The position numbers and the translations under genes were made by a program. From positions 1,426,001-1,490,000 of the forward strand of contig CP089274.1 of assembly GCA_023920165.1 (NCBI GenBank): 64,000 nt of DNA. Reading direction: 5' to 3'. Under the pieces are notes generated by a model that was not told the DNA's origin, ran no database searches, and was given only the letters and a program-made list of their open reading frames with translations. Position 1 is the stretch's first letter, and every line of letters starts with the position of its first letter. Of this stretch, positions 51,471 through 63,597 are shown piece after piece. Source of the DNA: Curvularia clavata (taxonomy: Eukaryota).

Positions 51471-52128
51471 GACTGGAAATTGGCAGCAATGATTGCCAGT
51501 GTGCCTGGATTAATGTGGGTCGAGTGTTGGAGTGATGCGCTGGGGTGGGCGCAGGTCAAAGCAACTGTGACGTTGGCTGAAATTAGTGGGCTGACAGCTG
51601 TTTGGAGCCTCACAACTTATGCAAGGCGTGTGCGCGTTACATAAGCATGGTCTTGCTGTGGGCTGATGCATTCTGGGAGCTACAGTGGGAGCCAGCGATA
51701 TTAAGCTACGAAACGGTGATGCATGCTGAATGGTTGCTCGCCTCTTTGGCTCCTTGATGTGTAGCCGTCAGAAGGCGCTAGTACCGAGGTGGAAACTTGG
51801 TTCCCGCTACCCGGTAAGGCTGATTTTGCGCCATCGACGACAACTCCGGGGGGCAGACGGCGCACAGGGCCGTTGGCTGGAATTGGATAAGCGCACCATC
51901 ACCAAACGGCCATGGTTCAGTGGAATGGCACTTATCGATTTCCGATTAGGATTCTAGTATAAAGGACTAACAATGTTGCCCTGCTTGTGGTCACTTGCAT
52001 TGCAATCGCCCTACTTTTGCCTAAAGACATGATATGTAGCTTGCAACTTTTTTTTAAAAAGGATATGCAATCACAACTTCATCGACATGATACGCCATAG
52101 CAGGTGATTTTAGCCTGTAAACGCCCCC

Positions 52129-53325
52129 TCATGTAGCTTTGACGGTCTCTGTGGTGGCCTCCTCGTTCCCTGTCTCTACTTCTTCCGCTACATCCGGAAG
52201 CTCGTGATCCTCATGCTCTTCTCCCCCTTCACCAGCCGCAGTTTCATTCTCTCCGTTTTCGGTGTCACTCTTCAACTTGGCACCTTTTCTCTCTGGCATA
52301 ACAGCCATGAAAGCCTTGCCCCAATCTCCAAACTCCATCCACTTGAGCATGATCTCCAGTACGTGATTCGTGACCAGGACCTGCCGACTCTTCATTTCGA
52401 GATATTGGCCAATGGGCAACTTTGCCGTTTTGATGCCGCGGCTGACAGCTCGCTTGTGGCAGATGCCTTTGTGCCGATTCTTGTCCACTAGGCCCCCAAT
52501 GATGTAGGTACTATTAGGTTTCAGGTGTGTGAGGACTTCGTCGGACTCGGATGAGAGATACACAATCTCCCCTTCCTCTGCCTCTTCAGTGTTTTCCTGT
52601 TCACCTGCCGCAGTGGCCTCTAGAGGAGACTTCAGTGCACCCGCCACCTCTCCTCCATCTGGTCCGGTCATCCACTCTTTGGCTTTTTCTGCCACCTCCA
52701 CAAAGTCTTCCTCGAAAAATCGGAACCCTTTCCAGCTCGTATACTGTTTCGCCAGAATGCCATCAAAACGTTCTTTCATCTTGCCACCAAAGCTGCTAAG
52801 TGCCAAGTGTGCCCGAAATTCTGCCTTTCGGTTATCACTGTAACATCTTGTGATCTGCAATCCTAAGCTTTTGAGTTCATTGTCGAACATGAGCTCCTCA
52901 AAATCGCAGTCGAAAATTACTGTGATGGGCACTTGCTTTCCATGACCTGCTGAATGTCTAGGTAGACGTGGAGGTAACAGTCTTGGTTTGTTTCCATTTT
53001 CGTCCACTGGCATTTGCGCCAATGCCTCCCGGCGCCGCTCTTTCTTCTCCTTGACCTTCTCTTTTCGCTTTAATTTACGATCTTCACGTCCTGCTTCCCA
53101 GCGTTCATGTCGCCTTTGCTTCTTGAGTTGGTTCTTCGATAACTTTGGTTCTCCACTTTCGTTCTCAACAGATATTGTAGTTGGGGCTTCAGCATTACCA
53201 GCTACTTCTTCATTCTCGGCGCTATTGGACGTTTCTTCAATGGGTGCAGGTACATCCGTCACAGCTTTGTCCTCCTCGCCAGACTCCAATTTACGAATCT
53301 TTGCAGGCCTCTCTTCCGGGTCCAT
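52129..53325 (-). CDS. TRM10: tRNA (guanine-9-N1)-methyltransferase Trm10
   Basis: IFDCDFEELM..LGLQITRCYSDNR, IVYLSSES, YIIGGLVDKNRHKG, AKLPIG.Y and VLVTNHV.EIM. Confidence 0.95.
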   Translation of the reverse strand: MDPEERPAKIRKLESGEEDKAVTDVPAPIEETSNSAENEEVAGNAEAPTTISVENESGEPKLSKNQLKKQRRHERWEAGREDRKLKRKEKVKEKKERRREALAQMPVDENGNKPRLLPPRLPRHSAGHGKQVPITVIFDCDFEELMFDNELKSLGLQITRCYSDNRKAEFRAHLALSSFGGKMKERFDGILAKQYTSWKGFRFFEEDFVEVAEKAKEWMTGPDGGEVAGALKSPLEATAAGEQENTEEAEEGEIVYLSSESDEVLTHLKPNSTYIIGGLVDKNRHKGICHKRAVSRGIKTAKLPIGQYLEMKSRQVLVTNHVLEIMLKWMEFGDWGKAFMAVMPERKGAKLKSDTENGENETAAGEGGEEHEDHELPDVAEEVETGNEEATTETVKAT

Positions 53326-53532
53326 CTTCTCTGTGAGTTTGATTTTGATTATCGTTGAAAATGCGTTGTAAAGGTTTCCACCCACTCAGCGTTAACAAAA
53401 TTATGCTCACGTCTTAGCGTGCCAAGCCATACCCCGGTCACCACAGCGTCCTGAGCTCGAACCTCAACTTGACGTCTCCGCATTCACGATACCCGTCAAA
53501 CACCAATTGAACCACGAATACGATCGCCCATC

Positions 53533-54018
53533 ATGCCGCAGGATATGCCGCCACAGGGCGGCTACAGCCCCGTCCAGTACAAGCGCAACCTGCCTGTTCG
53601 AGGCTTCCGCCCCGCCGCATACATCATCGGGACTGCGGCACTCATGACATACGGATTCTGGAGGGTTGGACAGGGCATCAGGGAGCACAAGTACGCAAAA
53701 CCTGCCTGAAAATATGGCGATGTGATTGCATGGCTTTATCGGAGATGCTGACGTCTCATAGCGAACTCGCGCGCGAGAAGATGTGGGCGCGGATACACCT
53801 CATTCCAGCACTGCAAGCAGAGGAAGACCGCGACCAGGTTCGAAGGTATCTAGCAGACAAGGCTAGAGAGAAGGAATTGCTGGGAACAGAGACCAAGATT
53901 TACAACAGCGACAGGTATGTTGATCATAGTCATGGCACCTTAATCATTTGGCTAATTACGCGGATACAGATTTGTTCGACCTACTTTCGCTATCACACCC
54001 GAGCACGAGACGAAGTAG
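53533..54018 (+). CDS. NDUFA13: Complex I subunit NDUFA13 / GRIM-19 (B16.6)
   Basis: MPQDMPPQGGYSPVQYKRNLPVRGF..ELAREKMWARIHLIPALQAEEDRD..YNSDRFVRPTF; two introns. Confidence 0.95.
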
Positions 54019-54502
54019 AAGCTGGGTTGGAGTTGTATATATAAAATTGAAATGATTGCTGTCTGGCGGGCTTCACACCCAACGTCTCGTGAGAAGTAGG
54101 CTGGAAGACGCGTTCTTCTGCGTAATGATTCAAAATTTCGACACAGACGACATGCGAACATAGGATGTTCCGGATCGTGGAGATTCAGTCTCTCGAGATA
54201 CATCAATACAGGCCATCAGTGGCTACGATAGTGATGCTGATCGTGGACAGATTTGTGATGGGCTTGCATATTTGGCTCACATAGGTTACATTTCCTTGGT
54301 TTTTCTCTCTCCAAACCATGTTTGGCCCATTTCCTTTCCATTGTGTCGCGCGACCTCGAACAAGTGATGCGATCTACCCTTCGATCTGCTCGTCTATCTC
54401 ACCCTCTGTCTCAATATACCAGTCCCCGAATTCCCTTACTTCTCGTCTTCCACCTTTACTATATTATGCAACCAATCAATTTCCTCTCAGTATCACACAA
54501 CC

Positions 54503-55316
54503 ATGTTGTTCGCTGATCTTCTCAAAAACTTCAAAAGCACACCGCCAACTTCTACATTCACTTGCACTGATTCACGCACAAACAACCATGCCATCACCAC
54601 CTATCCCGAAAATGACTGGGAAATCATCACACCTGAAGAGGCCACCGCCTTTTACACAGACCGCATCACTCTATTCCTCGGCCCACCAAGGAAGCAACGC
54701 CATCATATCCCTCTGGCCGATATCCCCGAATCCTCCACTCTACTTACGTATCTAGCTACCCTCGATCCAGCCCAACGCTACACGCACATTGCTGAGATCG
54801 ACATGCCAATGATAGTCGCATACCTCAAATCTTTAAACAGAAGTGTCGATGCACTGGTAATCGAGGCGTCATGGCTTGATATTATCAAGCTGGCAATCAC
54901 CGCAGAAGCATTGCAAGACGCGAGAATGGAGATCAAGGCTCTTTCAGCGCTTCGAGAAAAGGAGCTTGTTCTATCACCGTGACTTTGCTTTTGCACGTGA
55001 GTACCAAAGCAAGATTGGTGGGGGGCTGAACTTGATTCGTATGCTGTGTGAGGTGGGGGGCTTGAATGTGGATAGTTCGGGACTGCCGAAGCTTCAGGGC
55101 ATTGATTTACGAGGGAGAGTGGCCATGGATAGGTCTGGGACTGCGAGACAGAAGGACCCGTTCAAGAGATGTGAGAATAGTGCTAATAACGAGGATGATG
55201 GTGCAGTTAGGAAAGTGTATCCGGTTAGCCAACCCAATATCCCACCAAGGGTCGAGGTACTGAGGAGCGAACACGAGAGAAATTCTGTTTGGCCGTTTGA
55301 GAAAGGTAGGAAGTAG
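54503..55316 (+). CDS. Hypothetical, remotely BTB-like protein, possibly frameshifted near 54960
   Basis: ORF 54503-54982 (ITLFLG..IDMPMIVAYL..IIKLAITAEALQD) overlaps a second open frame that runs to 55316. Confidence 0.4.
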
Positions 55317-56173
55317 GAGCTGAAGTTAGAAATTACACGATTGGTGTTGATTTCGGGTTGAAAAACGACTGCGTTGTCTAAGATTTGCACTGAGAGGAGG
55401 TTGTCATATTTTGATCCTGGATTGAATCAAAATCAGTCTCATGGATGCGGTTGAGAGTGATAAGGGTGAAGAAAGTTACACTTACCCCGAAGGCGTATTA
55501 TCAGGCATTAGATGTGGAACCAGAAATGAGTAGCTTTGAATTTATATTTAACACTGGCTCTTTATGGAAAACTGAGAATATACAGAGTAGCAGCAGCGCT
55601 AATTACACGAATGTCTTATTTGAACCTTTTCTGCATAGGGGTCGTGTGAACAATCTATTGAGTCGATCATGGAGGAGAAGCCTATAGCAGGTGGGTGATG
55701 ATTCAAGACTGATACAGATAGCGGGAAATCAAGTTGCATGCCCAAATGTGAATTGGGCTCTTCATCTTTGTAACTCAAGTTACCTTTCTATAGTGGTTTG
55801 GATTATTTCAAGTAGCATTTTAGAATCTTATGTCTAAGAGGTAATTCGGCAATTACCTCGTATTATTCATTTCGCGTGGTTTGTAGTAATTCTTACAGAG
55901 CACTTGCAATCAACGAAGAGAATATAAAGAACATCTTGTGACGGCGCGGGCAGCAAAAGCAGCAAAAGGAAACAAAAAAAGCCAAATGTTGTGGTTCGAG
56001 ATGGATTGCTAGGAGAGCGAGGGCTCGGACTGAGTACAGTAGTCTCGCCGAGGTGCTTTGAGTAAATGGGTAAAGGCCTGGCCGTCGAGAAACTTTTTTT
56101 GATCAGAGCCTAATACCTTTGCCTTTTTGTTCTCTGATACGACATCTCTGATATTGTCTACTTTTTTTCATCT

Positions 56174-59100
56174 CTACAGAGGCCAACGTATAGGAATTCT
56201 TTCGGATGCATAGATACTCCATCTTTCCCGATGTGCCGCCCGGAGTCTTCGCCTTGCAACAAGTTCTGTTGCACACTTTAGAAGACGCTCTTCGTTACTA
56301 GGTTTTGATGCCCAATTGTCGAATGCGGTATGAATCTTTTCTAAAGTTGCCTCACCAAGCCCCGATCTTCTTCTCGTGGTGCCGCTTGATTTCCATTCTC
56401 TCTGTCCTACATTGAGGCCTTTTCTGTCATTGAAGTCACTAAATCGCCAGTAATTATCAGGTGATGGCGTTTTCGCTGAAGGTTCTGTTTTCTTTTGTTC
56501 CTGGAAAATGTGCACAAGACCCTTCTGTGATCTCCTTAGCGTATCTAGTTCCGGCTCAATTCCTATACTGACGATCATTCCGATCCCTTCTTTTCCATGC
56601 AACGATTCGAGTTCTTTGCGACCTAGGGATGACAGGTGAAGAGCGGACATGTTGCCAGCATCTGATACATAGTTCATTTCTGGCTGGTCGAGGAACAAAC
56701 TCTTACAGGCTATTAGCTTAGGAGTTACGGATGAGGCTGTAGCAGCTTCCATGGCTTCTGAGACTTTCAGCCAAGTAGCTAGACGAAGTTTTGTCGGGGT
56801 GGGGTCCCGCTCGCGATCTTCTGGGATAGAAATAGAACTATCATAAGATCGAATAAGGTACGGTTTTGTCTCCTGTATACCCCTTTTGGTTTTAACGGAT
56901 GCGGCAATAAACCTAGATGTCTATAAGTCACCGGGGAGAATATGAGCAGGATTCGATCTTACTAACAGAGAGCATGTGCCAGGTGAGGTATGCACAAGGT
57001 CTTCCTCGGCAGTCAGATTTCTCAATATTGTAATTGCTCTGCTTATTTCCCAGGTCGTGTCTACCGGTTGTAACGATAAACTTTGAGTCAATGTTAAAAA
57101 AGATGTTCGTTTACCGAAAGTGCCCCGGAGAACCTCCTCGTACAAGATCTTACAAGATGTCACGTCTATCCGATACTGGCCCAGCATCAAAGCTATGAAG
57201 CTGAGTTGTGTCAGTGATACGTATACGCAAAACTTCGTTTTCTCTGACCTACCCTCCCATGCTTGCACTGCAGATCAGATCAAAATAATGACAAGGCAGA
57301 TGGCGCTCTGTGCCTTCCAACTCCCTTTCGTAAGTGGCAGATGAACTCGCTAGGAGGCCAGCGACCCATGAGCGCTGTGCTAACAGTGACTGTTCCTTTT
57401 CCTCTTGTTTTATCACATCCATTAGTTTCTCCAGTACCAAGAGCGACCAGTATATATGGGTTCCATTTCCACCTCAACCGAATGTTAGTTCAAATGTCAC
57501 TATATTCTGTAATATAATTGGAGAGAAGGACTTACCCAAAGACAACAGATTTCGTTGTCTCCAGGCCTCCTCGGTCTCCTGTGTGAGAATACCCTGCATA
57601 TGTGCGGTACGTCTGGCGAGAAAATCGTAATTGGGACCCGCAGAAATATCTGAGAAGAATCTTCTTCGTCCAGCCTTACTCTTAGAGCTAGCTTCAATCT
57701 GAGCATCAGTGTATTGGCCTTGATTAGCATACACAAAGTCCGTGCTTTCTCTAGAAACAGACGGTTCTCGATGAAAAGTTTCCCTGAGACTCCGGTCAAC
57801 CTGTGCAAGTCCAAGGTCAGCCATTTCAGGGCCATTGTTCTCTATTAAAATCCGTAGAGTGGATCGTTGTTTCTGAAGAGCAAAATCGTCCTCTTCGTAG
57901 AGTTCTAATGTATCTTCAATAAGCCTACGCAAGTCTGAAGGGACAGGTTGTTTGGGTTGTTTGACATGATATACCGTGGCTTGTAACTCATTCATGTAAT
58001 CCTCCTGAGTCTTGATGTCTTGTCTTTTTATAAGGCCTAAAACTGATGCAAAGCTTTGTGTGAAGCTTACGTGCGTGGACGTATCGGGTTTTCGTCTCCA
58101 AACTTTGTTCAAACGCAAAGCGCAGCAAACTTCCTCAAATGGTTCGGTTGAGGAGTCTGAGAGCATTCCTTGAAGTAGCTCTTGTGCCTCGTCATACTTT
58201 CTGAGTGCAATATAAGCATCTGCTTTGGCAATGGAGACATAAGCATGGTTGGTTCCAGTCTCTTGCATAAAAGCCGCAGTTAGAACCAAGGCTGTTTGTG
58301 CCTGACCCAACAGAGTTAAGATTTTTACAAGCTCAGCGAAGAGCAGACCATAGACGTGAGAATGCTTTTCAATAGTATCCAAAGTTAGGTTCAAATCCAG
58401 GAGATTGGATGCCGTTTCCAAGTGACCAGAACAGCGGAGACCGACCGCCAGTGCATATACGAGCTGAGAGGGTATACGAGAAATCAGATCAGGCACGTCA
58501 ATCTCCATTGGATGGATGAGGGCGTAAGCGACCTCCTCTAAAGATGTTGTTCGGGACGGGAGATTAGCGTTCCACCACGAACGCCAGCTTTCGTAACACT
58601 TCCACGAACCTGGAATTGAAGACTTCCAAGTTATTTGAAAGAGTGTAAACCCGGCAAGGGAGACGTAGAGTGAATCATGGGGCAAGTTGAACTCTCCAGG
58701 GTCCCGTAACTTCCGAGTATGCAGCTCAGAGCTTGGAATGTTCAACAAATTGCTCATTTCTTTGTGAATCTCGAAAAATGATTTGAAGTCTGATGATTTG
58801 ATGGTGCCGAATAAGAGAGGCCAGTGCGTGTCATCTAGCACAAAGCCAAGGTTTGTTAGATGGAAGACAAGTAAACCGTATCTCTTCTCCGTCACAAGGT
58901 TTGGATCGAAACAACTTGAGCCAGAAAACGCTAAGAGAAAAGGTATCAGAGTGGTACGGACAATGTCCTTGCATACGAACGAAGTCATTTCCCAAAGCGG
59001 TTCTGTATATGGCGTTGGAAGGGAGAGTATGGTCAAGAGGCAGAGGATCATCTGTGCCTCTCGGTACTTCTCAGGTTCTGATGAAAAAATACCCCAAATG

Positions 59101-59462
59101 TGTTGCCGAACCTGTGCTGAAAGCTCGAGAAAGGTCACTTTCTCTTGGTATGTGACGATGAGGTGCATTTCGCGCCGCAATAGTTCCAACTCAGGTCCGA
59201 GTTCAATCGCACCATATTGGAAATCGTAGATAGAGGTCTTCAACTGGAATGTTTCCGGTTTGTCGTGTGTTTCGCCGGCCCTTCGGAACAACCGAGGGAA
59301 TTTCTCGAGTTCAGGGTAATTAAGCCCGGCATTTGGAACAATCGAAAAAGGTCTTGTGAATATCAATGCAGGAATCGATCGACTGGGGCTGCTGGCGAGG
59401 AGAAGTAGAAGCTTGTATGCAGTATCGTCAATGGACAACCCAAGACTCTGGAACGAAGACAT
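56174..59462 (-). CDS. Winged-helix-like/TPR protein with a C-terminal degenerate patatin-like phospholipase domain
   Basis: Exon 1 (59462-57536) has AYKLLLLLASSPSRSIPALIF and TPR-like helices (KADAYIALRKYDEAQELL). Introns 57473-57535, 57201-57252 and ~56913-56965 join NLLSL-GGNG..SLLVLEKLM..LPCHYFDLICSASMGGFIALMLG..PYLIRSYD..EAMEAATAS..YVSDAG..IVSIG in one frame. Confidence 0.75.
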
Positions 59463-60020
59463 GGACGGTGCGATCCGGATAGAACTTTATCTGAGATCGG
59501 AGACAAAAAGGGTAACGCAGTTCAGTGAAGGCAAGGCCTGGGCTGCAAGATAAATGAGCAAAGGCAAGGCTTTAGTGGCATGGCCATCGCGCAATACTAA
59601 GATAGGCCAGCATTATGTATTCCAAGCTACCCTTTGGCCTGTGAAGGGCCGTTCATTCTGCCAATATAATAGCCCAAATGTCTACAGGATGCCAGGGTAT
59701 GCAGGAGTTATCCTCATGCGCTTGTTTTCTACAAGGGGTTCCCTGCTCAGTTACGTTATCATCCAGTCGCCTGCGACCATGCTCTCGACAGCGTGCGCAA
59801 TGCCGCAAGGCTGAGGAGCTGATGAATGACTCCAAGATCTGGGTTTCAGCTGAGTACTGAGCTAACATCGGAGGCTTCTACTGTGCAATTTCATTCGCTG
59901 GAACATTGACACGATATGCGAGGCTTGCATATTGATAAAACCACCCAAGTAAGCTGAACTGATGACATCGCCCACCCGTGTCCACGGAGATAAGTATGCG
60001 ATTCCTAAAAATAACAGGGG

Positions 60021-63000
60021 ATGTCACAGACTGGAACAAAACTGGTGGAGAGAGTACCCCCTCCCATCCTCCGAACTATCCACCGCGAATCTGTTAATAT
60101 GAAGAAAAGCAACAAGACTGTGCGACTGACGGGTATTCTCGATAGCGAAACGAGGGAAAGAATCGAGGCTCAGGCGTTAGCAGACTCGAAAGTCCAACTT
60201 CCAAAGTGGAAGAAATTCTTCAAGTCTTCGTCCCACAGGTCCGGCCGTGATACTGATACCGCCAGTGGGTTAATAGGTACAAGTTTAGCACAGCAAAGAA
60301 ACCTTAGTACTGCAACTATCACTTTCGCGACCTCATCAGCGAAAGACAGGGCTTTGGATGGTTGGCAAAAAAGAGGTAACAAAACAAGCACAGGTCCATA
60401 CATAGATGACGACTTCCGAGGAATCACCATTCTACACAGTGGCTCCACTGAACAAAGAGTGGACTTGGAGTACGTTACTCATCCTCTTTACTGCAGAAGG
60501 ACAACACTGACCGTGTTACAGCATCTGCGCTGTTCACGGCTTGAACGGCCATGCATTTGACACTTGGATGAGTAGAACCCAAATGTGGCTGCGAGACTAT
60601 CTACCCAACCACACCGAATTCAGAAACAGCAGGATCATGACCTACGGTTACGATTCACAGCTGCTCAACGGCAAGGGAACACAGTCGCGTTTTGAGGACT
60701 TTGCCGATCAGCTTTTAGTACTCATCGGGCAGGAGAGGACCACTCCCGAGGAACATGCGCGGCCAGTCCTGTTTCTATGCCATTCTATGGGTGGGCTCAT
60801 TGCTCGTCTCGCCATGGTGCGGTACGAAAAATATACCCAACTCCATCCAGGAGTTGTGCTCGGGCCTAGAGGCCTATTACTTTTGAGCACTCCAAATTTG
60901 GGATCATTGATGGCTCAATGGTCTGATCTGGAACTGGAACTAGCCAGTGTGTTCGGTGTTCGGACGAGTCTTATTAAAGAATTGAAAGTTCTTAACCCAC
61001 GACATATCGACGCTGTGAATGACTGGGCTACGCTTCAATACCCACCCTTGATCCGCTGCTATTGCGAATCCTCGCCAACATCATTTCCAGGAGGGAAGAA
61101 ACAAGTAAGAGGTGGATTTATTTATTTTTTGTACTGACTACGTGAGTTAACGCTGTCTAGGTCGTCACCGCGGCTTCTGCTGGTTTTCTTGAACACACAG
61201 CCATGCTACTCCCGGAGACGGACCACCACTCTGTCTGCAAGTTCGAGAGACACACCAGTTCTGCACTGACTATAGTTATGGGGGGTTTGTGCGACATGCG
61301 AGCAGAGCTTATGAGCAGGGCCAATCAACTTATGTCGACAGCAGTAAATGTATAGTCATCAATTTTCAGTAATAAATTCTGTTTTTTGGGAAGCTACTTC
61401 AAAGGATACAATGTATGGCTATCTGACGTATATCAGGTAAGAAGAATCGGCAGGCCGGAAGCTACAGCCCCAACATATCCGCTTCCTACGCCGTTTGTCT
61501 TCGACCATGGATTCCGTAAACCGAGTTGCAACGCGGTGAAACGATGGCAGCTTCTCGATGAAGCTACTAGGAACATCTATAATTCTGTCCCGTCACGGCA
61601 TATGCTGATATTGATTGGTGTTGCAGGTTCAGGGTATGTGCGATGAAGTGCTACACGATTGTATTCCTAAGACTGATGAACTGTAGAAAAACGGAGCTTC
61701 TTCTAGACATTTCGAGGACAGGAGGCAACTTTATTATCTTGTCTGCATCAAATTATGCTGCCTTACGAACGAAGCTCGAAGAGTATGCCCTTATGTACGG
61801 TCACGATACTATACGTCATGGAGCCATTGACCCTCGATCCCTTGATATTTGGAAAACATATACACCGAAAGTTCAGGCAGACAGTTTCTTGAACTGGGCA
61901 GCAAGAAAGGAGAATGACTGTGTCATTGTTCTGGATGAGCTCGACAACATCAAAGACGCCTCAGATATCGCGCGAGACTTACCGCAAACCGCTCGTGTAG
62001 TAGTCTCCACAAGAAACCCTATAGTATCAAAGCAGCTTGCCCGCTCCGGTTTCCAGTGCCTGGATCTATTGGTATCTGACATGGAACCGGAGGAGGCGGA
62101 ACAGTTGTTCCGATCTTTAATAGCATCCACTGTAACGGTTTCTCCAGACCAGCTGAGTCGATTAGTCGAAGGCCTAGATCGACACCCTTTTGCCATATGT
62201 GCAGCCTCCTCATATCTACCTGACCTCCAGCGCATCCAAGATCCCTCTGAACAAGATCGCGCAGTCGAGGTCCTTCTAAATGCCCTAGAAGGCGATGATT
62301 TTCAAGGCAGGAGAGACTTTTTCGATTTTGATGGCTTACTAGACCTATCCATTTCAAAGCTATTCGGAACCGCAATGACGCACTTGAAGAACCATACTAC
62401 GAACATGGATTATTTCACTGCAGTACGCCCACTCTTGCAAGCGGTAGCGCACCTCTCCGATAACAAAAGTGGGTGTCATTTCGCAACATTCTTCAATGCC
62501 GTGCAACCAATTGCGACCAAGAAAGCAATACACGAAATCGACAATGTTTTCAAGAGGGGTTTGAGGCAAGAAAACAGCACATTAGGGAAGATCCTACAGT
62601 CCTCGCTGATTGTCGAACGTTCATGCACGCCGTACATGCCTGCGCTATGGCGAGACTGCATCATGCTTTACGAAAGCCATCGCCCGAAAGAAGTAACATA
62701 CTGGCTTAAACAGATCCTCTTACTATGCTACCTGTACTACGAAGAGAACAAAACTAAACCCAACAGTACAAAGCTGTACCCATTCGTCAGGAACTGCAAA
62801 CGTATAGCGAAAAGATACGGCATCAGCTTCGCCAACATCATTACATGTCCCGAGCAAAACTCATGGCACGATCAAATTGTGCAGCTCGACAACGCGTCAG
62901 TGCATTTCTCGACCTTGTTAGCGGAATGCCGCGAGGTAAAGAAAAGTGCTTCTGCGGAGCGCCCAGGATCAGATTACAACATCGCATACGCTCGACTGAC

Positions 63001-63217
63001 GAGGCAGTATAAATTCTGGAGAAAAAGGTATCCAGCTTACGGCAGCGATTCCGCCACAGGCGAGACTGTGAGAGAAATAAAGAAGATTCTTAAGGGAGCT
63101 GCGGAATCTGTAGGGAATCCAGTATGGAACCCGGATTGGGTTGCGTCGGCGGCAGAGTCGGACAGGGTAGGGGGGAGGCAAGAGATAGAAGAAACTAAGT
63201 ATGACGACTACGAATAA
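60021..63217 (+). CDS. NLR-like protein: SesB-type alpha/beta-hydrolase + NB-ARC-type P-loop NTPase + helical domain
   Basis: DDDFRGITILH, DICAVHGLNGHAFDTW, MWLRDYLP, RIMTYGYDS, FLCHSMGGL, TDHHSVCKF; Walker A GVAGSG|KTEL, Walker B VIVLDELD, VVVSTRN and LDRHPFAI. Introns ~60470-60521, 61104-61160, ~61350-61436 and ~61634-61686. Confidence 0.85.
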
Positions 63218-63597
63218 GATAGAACGTGCCAATGGAGAATAAAGAAGACTCACACTCATAGCCAGAATTAAAACGGAAATTTTCGCGAGATCATATGCAA
63301 AAGACAAAACCCGACATGTTCGAGGGATATGATCAACATCCATGCTCATGTCACTTAAAGCAAGCAAAGCATGAACAGCATTTCCGAAATTTCTAAAATT
63401 GAAATGAAGTATCCGCAATGGAGCACAGTACATGACTAGCCTTCCAGCTATGCTAACCTCGTGTTCGCTACTCAGGTTACTGCCATGTTTTTGCTCCATG
63501 AACTACCCTTCGCCATCCGCAGCACGAGATTTGTAGCATGCCCGAAACGGTGTCTGACAGCAAGCCATTCATCCTCGAACTTGTGCCTCCCCTTGAT

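Noticed and set aside
59653..59868. 71-aa ORF as a missing upstream or amyloid-motif exon of the TPR-patatin gene
   Set aside because: There is no clear in-frame splice path, no NTPase motif and no G/N/Q amyloid-like pattern.
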